Part shown: positions 29,348 to 38,886 of the stretch, piece by piece | Position numbering within the stretch: the first letter of the stretch is position 1 | How the letters are laid out: every line of letters starts with the position of its first letter | Source of the DNA: Bacilli bacterium | Lineage (GTDB): Bacteria; Bacillota_I; Bacilli_A; RF39; UBA660 | NCBI GenBank assembly: GCA_017617435.1 | Contig: JAFZWF010000021.1 | Coordinates: forward strand, 1-52,509 | Length of the DNA: 52,509 nucleotides | Reading direction: 5' to 3' | Position numbers and translations under genes: made by a program | The notes under the pieces: model-generated | What the model saw: the letters and a program-made list of their open reading frames with translations, nothing else | Database searches by the model: none | Told to the model about the DNA's origin: nothing

Positions 29348-30559
29348 ATGAGAAGGAAAACTAAAATAAAACCTTGGGTTAAAACTTTCTTCTTTTTAGT
29401 TGTTATTGGTTTACTTTCTGGCCTTTTATATTTTAAAGTATTTAATAACGGATCAGAAAAAGGTAAATCAAATGGTAAAGCAAATAATAATAATAATAAT
29501 AAAGAAGTAAAAGAAACAAAAAAAGTATATAAATTATCGATGATTATGGCAGGAGATGCTCTAATACATAGTAATGTTTATAGAGATGCTCAAAACTCTG
29601 ATGGTACATTTAATTTTGATAAACAATTAAGATTTGTAAAAGACTATATCAATCAGTTTGATTTAAGATATTACAATCAAGAAACTATATTAGGTGGCGA
29701 TAACAGAGGATACTCTGGTTATCCTAGATTTAATACACCATCTGCATTTGGAGATACAATGGTTAATAACATAGGTTTTAACATTGTATCACTTGCAAAT
29801 AACCATGCCATGGACCAAGGTGAAACCGGAATTTTAAATTCTGTTAATTACTGGAAAAACAAAAATGTTGTATGGAATGGTCAAGCAGAAAGCGAAGAAA
29901 CAAGAAATAACTATGTCATAGGTGAAAAAAATAACATATCATACGCTATGTTATCTTATACAGAGCATACTAATGGTCTTCCTCTACCAAGCGGAAAATC
30001 ATATTTAGTAAATGTATGGGATGATGATAAAGTTAAAGCTGATATTGAAGCTTTAAAAGGAAAAGTAGATGTTATAATTGTTGCTGTTCACTGGGGTGAA
30101 GAATATACTCACACTCCAACTAATTCAGAAAGACAAAAAGCACAATTTCTTGCTGATTTAGGCGTTGATATAGTAATTGGTTGTCATCCACATGTTGTTC
30201 AACCAATAGAAAAAATAAATAATACAATTGTTTACTACTCTTTAGGTAATTTTATATCTAATCAAATAGAAGATTATAAAAGAATTGGTCTATTTGGAAC
30301 ACTAGATATTACCAAAACAGTGGAAAATGGTGAATCTAAAATTACAATAGATAATGTTGGTGGAACTTTAAACTTCACATGGAGAAATACATCAACTTAT
30401 TCTGGACACATAGTAATGACATTTAGTGATCCTCAAGTTGCAAATTATTTAAAAGATTATAAATCTTATTATACAAAAATGAAAAACATCGTTACTGGAG
30501 GAAATGAAGAATTTAAAATAACTCCTTTATTTGATGAACAAGAAAGCACTGAAGAATAA
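29348..30559 (+). CDS. CapA-family metallophosphoesterase, membrane anchored
   Basis: AGD, NQET, LANNHAMD, HWGEEY, GCHPHV, YSLGNF; N-terminal TM helix. Confidence 0.9.
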   Translation: MRRKTKIKPWVKTFFFLVVIGLLSGLLYFKVFNNGSEKGKSNGKANNNNNNKEVKETKKVYKLSMIMAGDALIHSNVYRDAQNSDGTFNFDKQLRFVKDYINQFDLRYYNQETILGGDNRGYSGYPRFNTPSAFGDTMVNNIGFNIVSLANNHAMDQGETGILNSVNYWKNKNVVWNGQAESEETRNNYVIGEKNNISYAMLSYTEHTNGLPLPSGKSYLVNVWDDDKVKADIEALKGKVDVIIVAVHWGEEYTHTPTNSERQKAQFLADLGVDIVIGCHPHVVQPIEKINNTIVYYSLGNFISNQIEDYKRIGLFGTLDITKTVENGESKITIDNVGGTLNFTWRNTSTYSGHIVMTFSDPQVANYLKDYKSYYTKMKNIVTGGNEEFKITPLFDEQESTEE

Positions 30560-30575
30560 AACTTCAGTGCTTTTT
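30543..30575. terminator. Bidirectional terminator
   Basis: AAAGCACTGAAG / CTTCAGTGCTTT between convergent genes. Confidence 0.8.
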
Positions 30576-30699
30576 AATTAAATCTTCCACCAACGATAAT
30601 GGCCATTAAGATAAACAAAATTAATACAACAAAGGCTGTATTTCCCCCACTACATATTGATGGCTTATTATTGCAACATTCTTTATTATTTGTGCCCAT
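30574..30699 (-). CDS. YjcZ/SscA-like small sporulation membrane peptide (41 aa)
   Basis: Manual translation MGTNNKECCNNKPSICSGGNTAFVVLILFILMAIIVGGRFN; RBS GGGAGG. Confidence 0.75.
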   Translation of the reverse strand: MGTNNKECCNNKPSICSGGNTAFVVLILFILMAIIVGGRFN

Positions 30700-30728
30700 A
30701 TATTATAGACCTCCCTTACTATAAAAGA

Positions 30729-30818
30729 CTAAATAGCAGCTCCTAATATGATTATTAGTAAAATAAATAGTACTAAGATGATAGCTGCACCAAGACCTCC
30801 GCCACAATTAACGTTCAT
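30729..30818 (-). CDS. YjcZ/SscA-family small sporulation peptide (29 aa)
   Basis: Manual translation MNVNCGGGLGAAIILVLFILLIIILGAAI containing VLFILLIII; RBS AAGGAGG. Confidence 0.82.
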   Translation of the reverse strand: MNVNCGGGLGAAIILVLFILLIIILGAAI

Positions 30819-30947
30819 ATCGATTCCTCCTTTATTTTGTCTTTTCATTTATATTTTATACAAAACTTAAAAATTTGTGCTTACTTATAAGCCCAATCAA
30901 TATCTACAAATACTTATTTTTGTAGTATAATTATTATGGTGAATAGT

Positions 30948-32300
30948 ATGGACAAATTTTATGAACTTCGAAATAAATATAGTGAATTTATTTACGATAG
31001 CTACACTATTAAAGAAGAAAATAACAAGTATGTTATTACATATGAATTTGTAACAACAAATTTATGTAGTTTTCATCCTGAAACAAAAATAGATAAATCG
31101 ATAATTAAAAATAATAATATTGATAAAAATTTATTTGAATATATTGTTTTTCATATTGGTTTAATAGAATTAATTAGTTATTATAAAGCCACTCTTTCAC
31201 CTAACATAATCATTAAATGTGGATATTTAGATGAAGAGCAAATAAAATGGTATAAAAATATTATTTTTAATGGTTTAGGTGAACTTTTATATAAAAATGA
31301 AATAAGTATAACTATTGATGAATTAGTTAATATTAAATCACTAATAAATTCCAAACCATCATTTAACTTAACTTATAATGGTGAAGGAAACTTGATTCCA
31401 GTTGGTGGTGGTAAAGATTCATGCGTATCATTAGAAATACTTAAAAATGAAAAATGTAACTCATGTTTCATAATTAATCCAAAAGATCCATCAATAAATT
31501 GTGCTCGCATTGCTGGCTATAGTAATGAAGATATTATTACGGTAGAAAGAATAATTGATAAAAAAATAATAGAACTAAATGAAAAAGGATTTATAAATGG
31601 ACACACACCATTTTCTGCTATCGTGGCTTTTATAAGTTACCTATGTGCATACTTATCAAACAAAAAAAATATAGTTCTATCAAACGAATCTAGTGCCAAT
31701 CAAGCAACAGTTATAGGTTCAAGTGTAAATCATCAGTATTCAAAATCTTTTGAATTTGAAAATGATTTTAATGAATATATTAATAAATATTTTAAAATAA
31801 ATATCAAATATTTTAGCTTATTAAGAGGTTTAAGTGAATATCAAATTGGATTGTTATTTTCTAAATATCAAAAATATCACGAAGTATTTAAAAGTTGTAA
31901 TTTAGGAAGTAAAACAACTCCATGGAAATGGTGTTGTAATTGCCCTAAATGTCTATTTGTATTCATCATATTAAGTCCTCACCTATATAAAGATGAATTA
32001 ATTAATATATTTGGTGAAGATTTATATGAAAGAACTGATTTACTTAATACTTTCCTTGAAATAATTGGCGAATCAAAAATTAAACCATTTGAGTGTGTAG
32101 GAACAATAGAAGAAGCTAAATTTGCAGTTAGTACACTTATAAATAAACTTGATAAAGATAAATTACCATATTTATTAAAGTATTATCTCGATAACTATCA
32201 ACTTTATACGAATGCAAAAAGTATACTAACCTATAACGAAGAAAATAACATTGATGAATACTTTAATAATTTAGTAAAGGCGGAACTAAATAATGATTAA
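30948..32300 (+). CDS. murL: UDP-MurNAc-L-Ala-L-Glu epimerase (MurL-like PP-loop protein)
   Basis: VGGGKDS, NGHTPFSA, SNESSAN, VNHQYSKS, SCN...WCCNCPKC, KPFECVG; overlaps a MurD-family gene (ORF extends to 30936). Confidence 0.82.
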   Translation: MDKFYELRNKYSEFIYDSYTIKEENNKYVITYEFVTTNLCSFHPETKIDKSIIKNNNIDKNLFEYIVFHIGLIELISYYKATLSPNIIIKCGYLDEEQIKWYKNIIFNGLGELLYKNEISITIDELVNIKSLINSKPSFNLTYNGEGNLIPVGGGKDSCVSLEILKNEKCNSCFIINPKDPSINCARIAGYSNEDIITVERIIDKKIIELNEKGFINGHTPFSAIVAFISYLCAYLSNKKNIVLSNESSANQATVIGSSVNHQYSKSFEFENDFNEYINKYFKINIKYFSLLRGLSEYQIGLLFSKYQKYHEVFKSCNLGSKTTPWKWCCNCPKCLFVFIILSPHLYKDELINIFGEDLYERTDLLNTFLEIIGESKIKPFECVGTIEEAKFAVSTLINKLDKDKLPYLLKYYLDNYQLYTNAKSILTYNEENNIDEYFNNLVKAELNND

Positions 32301-33699
32301 TGAAATAATAAATAAACTTAAAAATAAAAATATTGTTATTTTAGGATTTGGTAAAGAAGGTCAATCAACATTTAGATTTTTAAGAGAGCATTTAGGTAAC
32401 GTTAATATAACTATTAATGATAAATTTGATATATCTAATAATTCTCTTCTTACAAATGATGAAAATGTAACACTAAACTGTGGACCAAACTACCTAGAAA
32501 ATTTAGATAATTTTGATATTATTATGAAGTCTCCAGGAATTTCCCTAAACTATCTAGATGAAGAATATCAAAATAAAATCATAAATAAAATATCTTCACA
32601 ACTAGAATTACTTTTAGAAGTAAATCGAAAAAATATTATTGGTATTACCGGAACTAAGGGAAAATCTACTACTTCTTCCCTACTATATAATGTTATCAAA
32701 GATCAAGGAAAGGATGTTATCCTAGCAGGTAATATTGGAATTCCAGTACTAGATGAAATCAAAAACTATAAAAATGATACTATTTTAGTCATTGAAATGT
32801 CATCTCATCAACTTGAATATATAAAAAAATCACCACACATTGGCATAGTTTTAAACCTATTTCAAGACCATCTAGATCACGCAAAAACTTTAGAGCATTA
32901 TCATGAAAATAAAATGCATATGTTTAAATATCAAACTAATGAAGACTATGCACTATACTCTTCAGATAACAAATACACTCTTGATAACATAACTGTTTTA
33001 GAAAATAATAATTGTTTTAAATCAAATAAAATAGGAATTAGTTTTAAAGAAACATCAAATAGTTTAAGTAAAGTTGTTATTGATGAAGGAAAAATATATT
33101 TTGATAATAGTATAATTTATGAAGATAAAGATCGGTTTTTAATTGGTGACCATAATCTTAAAAATATTGCATTTGTCATGGTCGTGGCTAAATTATTAAA
33201 CTTAAATCTACAAAAAGCATCAGAAACAATATATAATTTTAAACCACTCGAGTATCGTATGGAAGATTTAGGAACTCATAATAATATCCACTTTTATGTT
33301 GATACGATAGCTACAATTCCTGAAGCTACGATAAATGCAACATCTTCACTAAAAAATATTAGCACTCTAATATTTGGTGGTGAAAACAGAAATACAGATT
33401 ATACTGAATTTATTAATTATTTAAATAGTTCTAATATTGAAAACTTAATATGTATGTATGATACAGGTTTTCTTATAAAACCAAAGCTTGATACATCAAA
33501 AAAGAATATCTTCTTCACAAGAGATATGAGAGAAGCTTATAAAATTGCGTTAAAGGTGACAAAACCTGGTTCAATATGTATACTATCACCTGCTGCATCA
33601 AGTAAAGATGTTTTTATTGATTATCAAGAAAAGGGTGCATTATTTAAAGCACTAGTAAATGGTAATGAATCAGACATTATCGAACACGAGAAAAAGTAA
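32293..33699 (+). CDS. murD: MurD-family ligase, likely MurD2 (adds L-Glu)
   Basis: GFGKEG, KSPGI, GITGTKGKSTT, GNIG.P, EMSSHQL, DHLD, LSPAASS; lacks the D-S-K-x-TN of canonical MurD (here DTIATIP). Confidence 0.88.
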   Translation: MINEIINKLKNKNIVILGFGKEGQSTFRFLREHLGNVNITINDKFDISNNSLLTNDENVTLNCGPNYLENLDNFDIIMKSPGISLNYLDEEYQNKIINKISSQLELLLEVNRKNIIGITGTKGKSTTSSLLYNVIKDQGKDVILAGNIGIPVLDEIKNYKNDTILVIEMSSHQLEYIKKSPHIGIVLNLFQDHLDHAKTLEHYHENKMHMFKYQTNEDYALYSSDNKYTLDNITVLENNNCFKSNKIGISFKETSNSLSKVVIDEGKIYFDNSIIYEDKDRFLIGDHNLKNIAFVMVVAKLLNLNLQKASETIYNFKPLEYRMEDLGTHNNIHFYVDTIATIPEATINATSSLKNISTLIFGGENRNTDYTEFINYLNSSNIENLICMYDTGFLIKPKLDTSKKNIFFTRDMREAYKIALKVTKPGSICILSPAASSKDVFIDYQEKGALFKALVNGNESDIIEHEKK

Positions 33700-33711
33700 A
33701 TATAATGTTAC

Positions 33712-33740
33712 TTGAATTTAAAAATTGATATTGCTATAAT
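33712..33740 (+). promoter_or_regulatory. sigma-A promoter of prsA
   Basis: TTGAAT-17 nt-TATAAT with extended -10 TG. Confidence 0.75.
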
Positions 33741-33760
33741 AAATAATGTTGGAGGAATAT

Positions 33761-34786
33761 ATGAAAAAGAAATTATTTTTACTTACACTATCACTATTCT
33801 TATTAGCAGGTTGCGGTAAAGTACCTAAACTAAAAAATGGTGAAGAAGCTGTAATTACGTTTAAAAACGGGGATAAAATTAGTGCTGATGAACTTTATAG
33901 TACTTTAAAGAAAGATTATGCTTTAGAAGCTACTATCAATATCATTGATAAAAAAATATTAGAAGATGAATTCAAAAAAGATATTAAAGATGCTGAAAAA
34001 TATGCTGATTCTACAATTAAATCAATGAAAGAAACATACGGTAGTGATGAAGAATTATTAAGTGCAATTCAGTATTACACTAATTATTCAACTATAGAAG
34101 CATATAAAAATTATATCTACATCAATTATCTAGAAAACAAAGCTGCCGAAGTTTACGTTAAAGAAGAAGTTGATGAAAAAGATGTTAAAAATTATTACGA
34201 AAACGTTTACTTTGGTGATGTATCAATAAATCATATTTTAATTACACCAGATGTAAAATCAAACGCATCAACAGATGAAATTAAAAAAGCTGAAGAAAAT
34301 GCTAAAAAGAAAGCTGAAGAAGTTATATCTAAACTTGATAAAGCTAAAAAAGAAGGAAAAGATATTAAAGAAACATTCTCTACATTAGCTAAGGAATATT
34401 CTGATGATGATGCAACTAAAAAATCTGGCGGAGCACTTGGATTTATAAATCTTAACTCACTAGATAGTAAATATGATGAATTAGTAAATAGTGCTATTAA
34501 ACTAAAAGATGGCGAATATTCAAAAGATGTTATTACTACAAGTCTTGGTTATCATGTAATTTTAAAAGTTGAACAAAAGAAAAAAGATTCTCTAGAAAAG
34601 GCTGAAGATAGTATCAGAACTATCCTTTCTAAAGAAGTACTTTCAACTGATCAAACAATTATTATAAAAGCAATGCAATCATATAGAAAGAAATATGGTG
34701 TAAATATTGTTGATAGTGATATTTCATCACAATATTCTAGATATATGAATGCAGCATTAAATCAAAAAACTAATACTAATAATTAA
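33761..34786 (+). CDS. prsA: PrsA-like parvulin foldase lipoprotein
   Basis: Lipobox LAGC; HILI, LAKEYSDD...GGALG, GYHVI; ATG 33761 behind GGAGG. Confidence 0.9.
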   Translation: MKKKLFLLTLSLFLLAGCGKVPKLKNGEEAVITFKNGDKISADELYSTLKKDYALEATINIIDKKILEDEFKKDIKDAEKYADSTIKSMKETYGSDEELLSAIQYYTNYSTIEAYKNYIYINYLENKAAEVYVKEEVDEKDVKNYYENVYFGDVSINHILITPDVKSNASTDEIKKAEENAKKKAEEVISKLDKAKKEGKDIKETFSTLAKEYSDDDATKKSGGALGFINLNSLDSKYDELVNSAIKLKDGEYSKDVITTSLGYHVILKVEQKKKDSLEKAEDSIRTILSKEVLSTDQTIIIKAMQSYRKKYGVNIVDSDISSQYSRYMNAALNQKTNTNN

Positions 34787-34789
34787 TTA

Positions 34790-34820
34790 AAAAAACAAGT
34801 CAATATATGACTTGTTTTTT
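34790..34820. terminator. Bidirectional terminator
   Basis: AAAAAACAAGTCA / TGACTTGTTTTTT. Confidence 0.8.
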
Positions 34821-35218
34821 TATTCTATTTCATAGCCTTTTTTTTGAAGATAATAATCAATATATTTTTCTTCTTTACCTTCACTTAGAAGTTCTTTAAT
34901 TATGTATTCTTTATTCAGTTTAAAAATATCAGTTCCAAATAAATCAAGACAGTATAGCACAAGATTCATTGATACATTCTTTTTTGAAAAATAATTAAGA
35001 ATATATTTTCTTCCATACTTTTTTGAAATAGCTAGATTACTTATTTTTAAATATATTAATTTTTCATCATTGATGAAATCCATATTAACTAAATCTTTTA
35101 TTACAGAACAAACATCTTTTTGATTAAATCCTTTTTCAACAAGTTTATCATATAGATCTTTTATAAAATAATCTTGTCTTTTAAGAAGTTTAAGAGCATA
35201 TTTCATTGCTTCATTCAT
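34820..35218 (-). CDS. recX: RecX-like regulator
   Basis: ALKLLKRQD, KL..KGF, FIND, KKYG, YLQKKGY pattern. Confidence 0.75.
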   Translation of the reverse strand: MNEAMKYALKLLKRQDYFIKDLYDKLVEKGFNQKDVCSVIKDLVNMDFINDEKLIYLKISNLAISKKYGRKYILNYFSKKNVSMNLVLYCLDLFGTDIFKLNKEYIIKELLSEGKEEKYIDYYLQKKGYEIE

Positions 35219-35266
35219 GTTGCTAATCTCTCCTTTCTTAAAAAGATTATAAATAAAAAAGGTTAG

Positions 35267-36250
35267 TTATTCACTAACCTTTTCTGTCGAAATATATTCA
35301 ACTGCGGCGTTTTTTAGTTCTTCTAGTAGTTTATTTACTTCTTCATCAGTTTTAGGTCTGCATCCAGATGCAAGTTTATGTCCACCACCATTATATTTAT
35401 TAGCTATTACATTTACAATAGGTCCTCTACTTCTAATAGAAACCTTTATTTGATTATTTTTAACATCGTTAACTACAAAACACCAAACAACAAAGTCATC
35501 AATAAAATTAAAATTATTAATCATATTTGTAACCGTTGCGGCATCAACATTATATTCTTTTAAAATATCATCATTTATCTTGATATAAGCAAACGCATTA
35601 TCAATAATAGTTAAATTATTTATAATATATGCTTGGAATTTAATTTCACTAAACGGTCTTATATAAAGTTTATCATATAAAACAGGAAAATCTAATTCAC
35701 TTTCTCTAATTAATCTTGCTGCAACTTCAAAAGTATGAGCTGTTGTATTTTTAAGTAAAAATCGGTCACTATCTGATACCATTCCTAAGAATAAATTAGC
35801 AGCTACCTTTTTATTTAAAACAAGTCTAGTATCCATAATAAGTTCAGCAACCATTTGGCATGTACTTGAACAAGTAACATCGTTCCACTCAACTACAGCT
35901 TTAATATCTTCCTTTGGATGATGATCAATATTAACAATTTCTTTATAATTTAAATTTTCTATTCCATCAACTCTACTCATATTTGGAACATCAAGCGTAA
36001 TAAGTAAAGCATCTTTAATATTACTATAATCCTGTTTATCTAAAACACCGTAGCTTTTAAACTTAGCAACACCAACACCAACAGCCAATACCTTCTTTTC
36101 TGGAAAAGTTTCGGCAATAGAATCTCTTAAAGCTAGCTGTGATGCTATTGCATCAGGATCAGGACTAACATGCCTTGCAATAATAATACTGTTATATTTT
36201 TTAATCTTTTTAAAAATTTGATTAATAACTGGTTTTGTGATAAAAACCAC
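35267..36250 (-). CDS. nrnA: DHH/DHHA1 oligoribonuclease / pAp phosphatase
   Basis: HVSPDPDA, IDHH, SIRS, GGGHKLASG. Confidence 0.92.
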   Translation of the reverse strand: MVFITKPVINQIFKKIKKYNSIIIARHVSPDPDAIASQLALRDSIAETFPEKKVLAVGVGVAKFKSYGVLDKQDYSNIKDALLITLDVPNMSRVDGIENLNYKEIVNIDHHPKEDIKAVVEWNDVTCSSTCQMVAELIMDTRLVLNKKVAANLFLGMVSDSDRFLLKNTTAHTFEVAARLIRESELDFPVLYDKLYIRPFSEIKFQAYIINNLTIIDNAFAYIKINDDILKEYNVDAATVTNMINNFNFIDDFVVWCFVVNDVKNNQIKVSIRSRGPIVNVIANKYNGGGHKLASGCRPKTDEEVNKLLEELKNAAVEYISTEKVSE

Positions 36251-36263
36251 ATCCTTCTACATC

Positions 36264-37457
36264 TTATTTTACAAATTTGTATGTATCACGAATTATCATT
36301 AATTCTTCATTTGTAGGAACTACCCAAACTTCAACTTTTGAATCTTTTGATGAAATAATTCCTTCATGAATATCTTTATATGAAGCTATTTTACTATTTT
36401 CTTCTTCATTTAATTTAATACCAATACAATTTAATTTTTTAATAATTTCACTTCTAGCGTCAGTACCATTTTCACCAACACCTGCAGTGAAAATAATAGC
36501 ATCTACATTACCTTCAAGTTCAATATAATAATCTGCAATATATTTAGCAACTCGATTATTATACATTTGAAGTGCAAGGATAGCTCTTTCATCATTTGCT
36601 GCAGCTGCATTTTCTACATCACGGCTATCAGAAAACCCTGAAATACCAAGTAGTCCACTCTTCTTATTTAATTCGTTTGTAATATCTGATATAGATTTAC
36701 CAGATTCTTTACAAACATACTCTAAGATAGATGGATCAATTGATCCTGAACGAGTTCCCATCATAAGTCCATCAAGTGGAGTTATACCCATAGTTGTATC
36801 ATAACATTTACCATCTTTAACTGCAGAAATACTTGCACCACTACCAATGTGGCAAATAATCAAATTAACATTATCTTTACCAAGTTTTTCTTTCATAGTT
36901 TCAGTAATATATTTATGACTAGTTCCATGGAAACCATATTTTCTTACTCCATAGTTTAAATACCATTCATATGGAACTGGATACATAAAGTTTTCTTTTG
37001 GCATTGTTTGATGAAATGCAGTATCATATACTGCTACCATTGGAACATTTGGTAAAACTTCTTTTAAACTTTCAATTCCAGCAAGATTTCCTGGATGATG
37101 AAGAGGTCCAAGTTTTGTCAAAGATTTAATATCTTCAATTACTTCATCAGTAATTAAAACTGAATCACTATATTTTTCACCACCATGTAAAACTCTGTGG
37201 CCTACAGCTTTAATTTCATCTAAAGACTTAACAACTTCATTATCAATAAGTTCATCAAGAAGTACTTCAACAGCATCTTTATGATTCTTTAAAAACTTAG
37301 CTCCTTTAATTTTTTCTCCGTTTACTTTAGTAGTCCAGAAACTATCCTCTAGACCTATTTTTTCAAAATAACCACTTATTAACACTTTTTCTTCAGGCAT
37401 TTCAAATAATTGATATTTAAGTGATGAAGAACCAGCATTTACAGATAATATTTTCAT
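36264..37457 (-). CDS. ackA: Acetate kinase
   Basis: NAGSSSLK, GHRVLHGG, DTAFHQT, YGFHGTSH, FTAGVGEN, PTNEE; ATG 37457 behind GAGGTG. Confidence 0.97.
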   Translation of the reverse strand: MKILSVNAGSSSLKYQLFEMPEEKVLISGYFEKIGLEDSFWTTKVNGEKIKGAKFLKNHKDAVEVLLDELIDNEVVKSLDEIKAVGHRVLHGGEKYSDSVLITDEVIEDIKSLTKLGPLHHPGNLAGIESLKEVLPNVPMVAVYDTAFHQTMPKENFMYPVPYEWYLNYGVRKYGFHGTSHKYITETMKEKLGKDNVNLIICHIGSGASISAVKDGKCYDTTMGITPLDGLMMGTRSGSIDPSILEYVCKESGKSISDITNELNKKSGLLGISGFSDSRDVENAAAANDERAILALQMYNNRVAKYIADYYIELEGNVDAIIFTAGVGENGTDARSEIIKKLNCIGIKLNEEENSKIASYKDIHEGIISSKDSKVEVWVVPTNEELMIIRDTYKFVK

Positions 37458-37502
37458 TTTGTTCACCTCACTATTCATTATACAAAAAAAAGGAAAAGAA
37501 TA

Positions 37503-37673
37503 CTATCTTTTTCCTTTTAAAATCGTCATTTTGATGTCATATTTACTATTTTTTTCATCAATGTATTTTTCATCATTATTCATAATATCAATATTTGACG
37601 AAAAATTACAATTACACTTAACATCACTTAAGTTAGAAATATAACTTATAGGTTTTTTAATATCTATCACCAT
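37503..37673 (-). CDS. Possible small protein (56 aa)
   Basis: Open frame fills the thiI-ackA gap and stops inside a terminator hairpin (37485-37518); no clear RBS. Confidence 0.35.
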   Translation of the reverse strand: MVIDIKKPISYISNLSDVKCNCNFSSNIDIMNNDEKYIDEKNSKYDIKMTILKGKR

Positions 37674-37700
37674 TTATTATAATTAACAAAAAAACATAAA

Positions 37701-38885
37701 TTATAATAAATCTTGATATTTATTTCCTTCACCTATTTTAATTACTTCGTGATTTTTAACAGCTTCGTTTATTAAACTTTCATAATCGATTAATTTTTCA
37801 TATTCCACACACTTTTCAAGTTGAGGATTAATAACTGGATGATCAGGAACAAATATTGTGCAGCAATCCTCATATGGTAAAATACTTGTTTCATAAGTAT
37901 CTATTTTTTTTGCTACATCAATTATTTCAAGTTTATCAAAACAAGCAACAGGTCTTATAACCGGAATAGTAGTTACCTCATTTATAACTTCCATACTTGT
38001 TAAAGTTTGACTTGCTACTTGACCGACTGATTCACCATTAATTAAAACATGTGCATTAATTCTGTGAGCAATTTTTGTTGATATTCGATACATCATTCTT
38101 CTCATAATTGTAATTAAATATTCATGTGGAATATTTTTATAAATTTCTTCTTGGATATTTGTAAAATTTATAACATGAACTTTAATGCTTCCTCCGTAGC
38201 GTGATAAGATATTTGCAAGTTCTAACACTTTATTTTTCGCATTTAAACTAGTGTGAGGAGGGCTTTCAAAGTAAAGAGTTTCAATTTTTATACCTCTTTT
38301 CATTGCCAAATAACCAGCGACTGGAGAATCTATTCCTCCACTAAGCATTAAAAGACCTTTACCTAAAGTTCCAACAGGATATCCACCAATTCCTTTAATC
38401 TTCTCAAAATATATATATACATCATTTTTTCTTATCTCAATATATATTTCTTGCTCCGGTTGATGAACATCAACTTTTACATCTTTAATATTTTTTAAAA
38501 TATAGCCACCTATTTTTCTTGAAACTTCCATACTATCAAGTTCATAAGTTTTATCACTTCTTTTAGTAATAACTTTGAAAGTATCAAAAGAAATATTCTT
38601 TAGAAGATCAACAACATTATTTCCAATAATATCAATGTTTCGATTGTTTAATTTATAACCAACCATTATTTCATGAATACCAAAAACTTTTGTTAGTTTT
38701 GATACTATTTGATCGAAATTACCATCATTGCTTTCAATAAACATTCGACCTTTATCATAAACAATTGAAACGTTAAAAAGTGATAATGCTTTTTTAACAT
38801 TATCATTTAGAATTCTAATAAAATAATTAATATTATCTTTTTTTGTCGTTAATTCACCATACTTAATTATTATGATTTTTTCCAT
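37701..38885 (-). CDS. thiI: tRNA 4-thiouridine synthase
   Basis: KYGEL, THUMP domain, LSGGIDSPVA, GESVGQVASQT, PYEDCC. Confidence 0.96.
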   Translation of the reverse strand: MEKIIIIKYGELTTKKDNINYFIRILNDNVKKALSLFNVSIVYDKGRMFIESNDGNFDQIVSKLTKVFGIHEIMVGYKLNNRNIDIIGNNVVDLLKNISFDTFKVITKRSDKTYELDSMEVSRKIGGYILKNIKDVKVDVHQPEQEIYIEIRKNDVYIYFEKIKGIGGYPVGTLGKGLLMLSGGIDSPVAGYLAMKRGIKIETLYFESPPHTSLNAKNKVLELANILSRYGGSIKVHVINFTNIQEEIYKNIPHEYLITIMRRMMYRISTKIAHRINAHVLINGESVGQVASQTLTSMEVINEVTTIPVIRPVACFDKLEIIDVAKKIDTYETSILPYEDCCTIFVPDHPVINPQLEKCVEYEKLIDYESLINEAVKNHEVIKIGEGNKYQDLL

Positions 38886-38886
38886 A

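Noticed and set aside
29348-30559. Poly-gamma-glutamate capsule locus
   Set aside because: CapA domain only, with no capB/capC nearby; stand-alone CapA proteins are common
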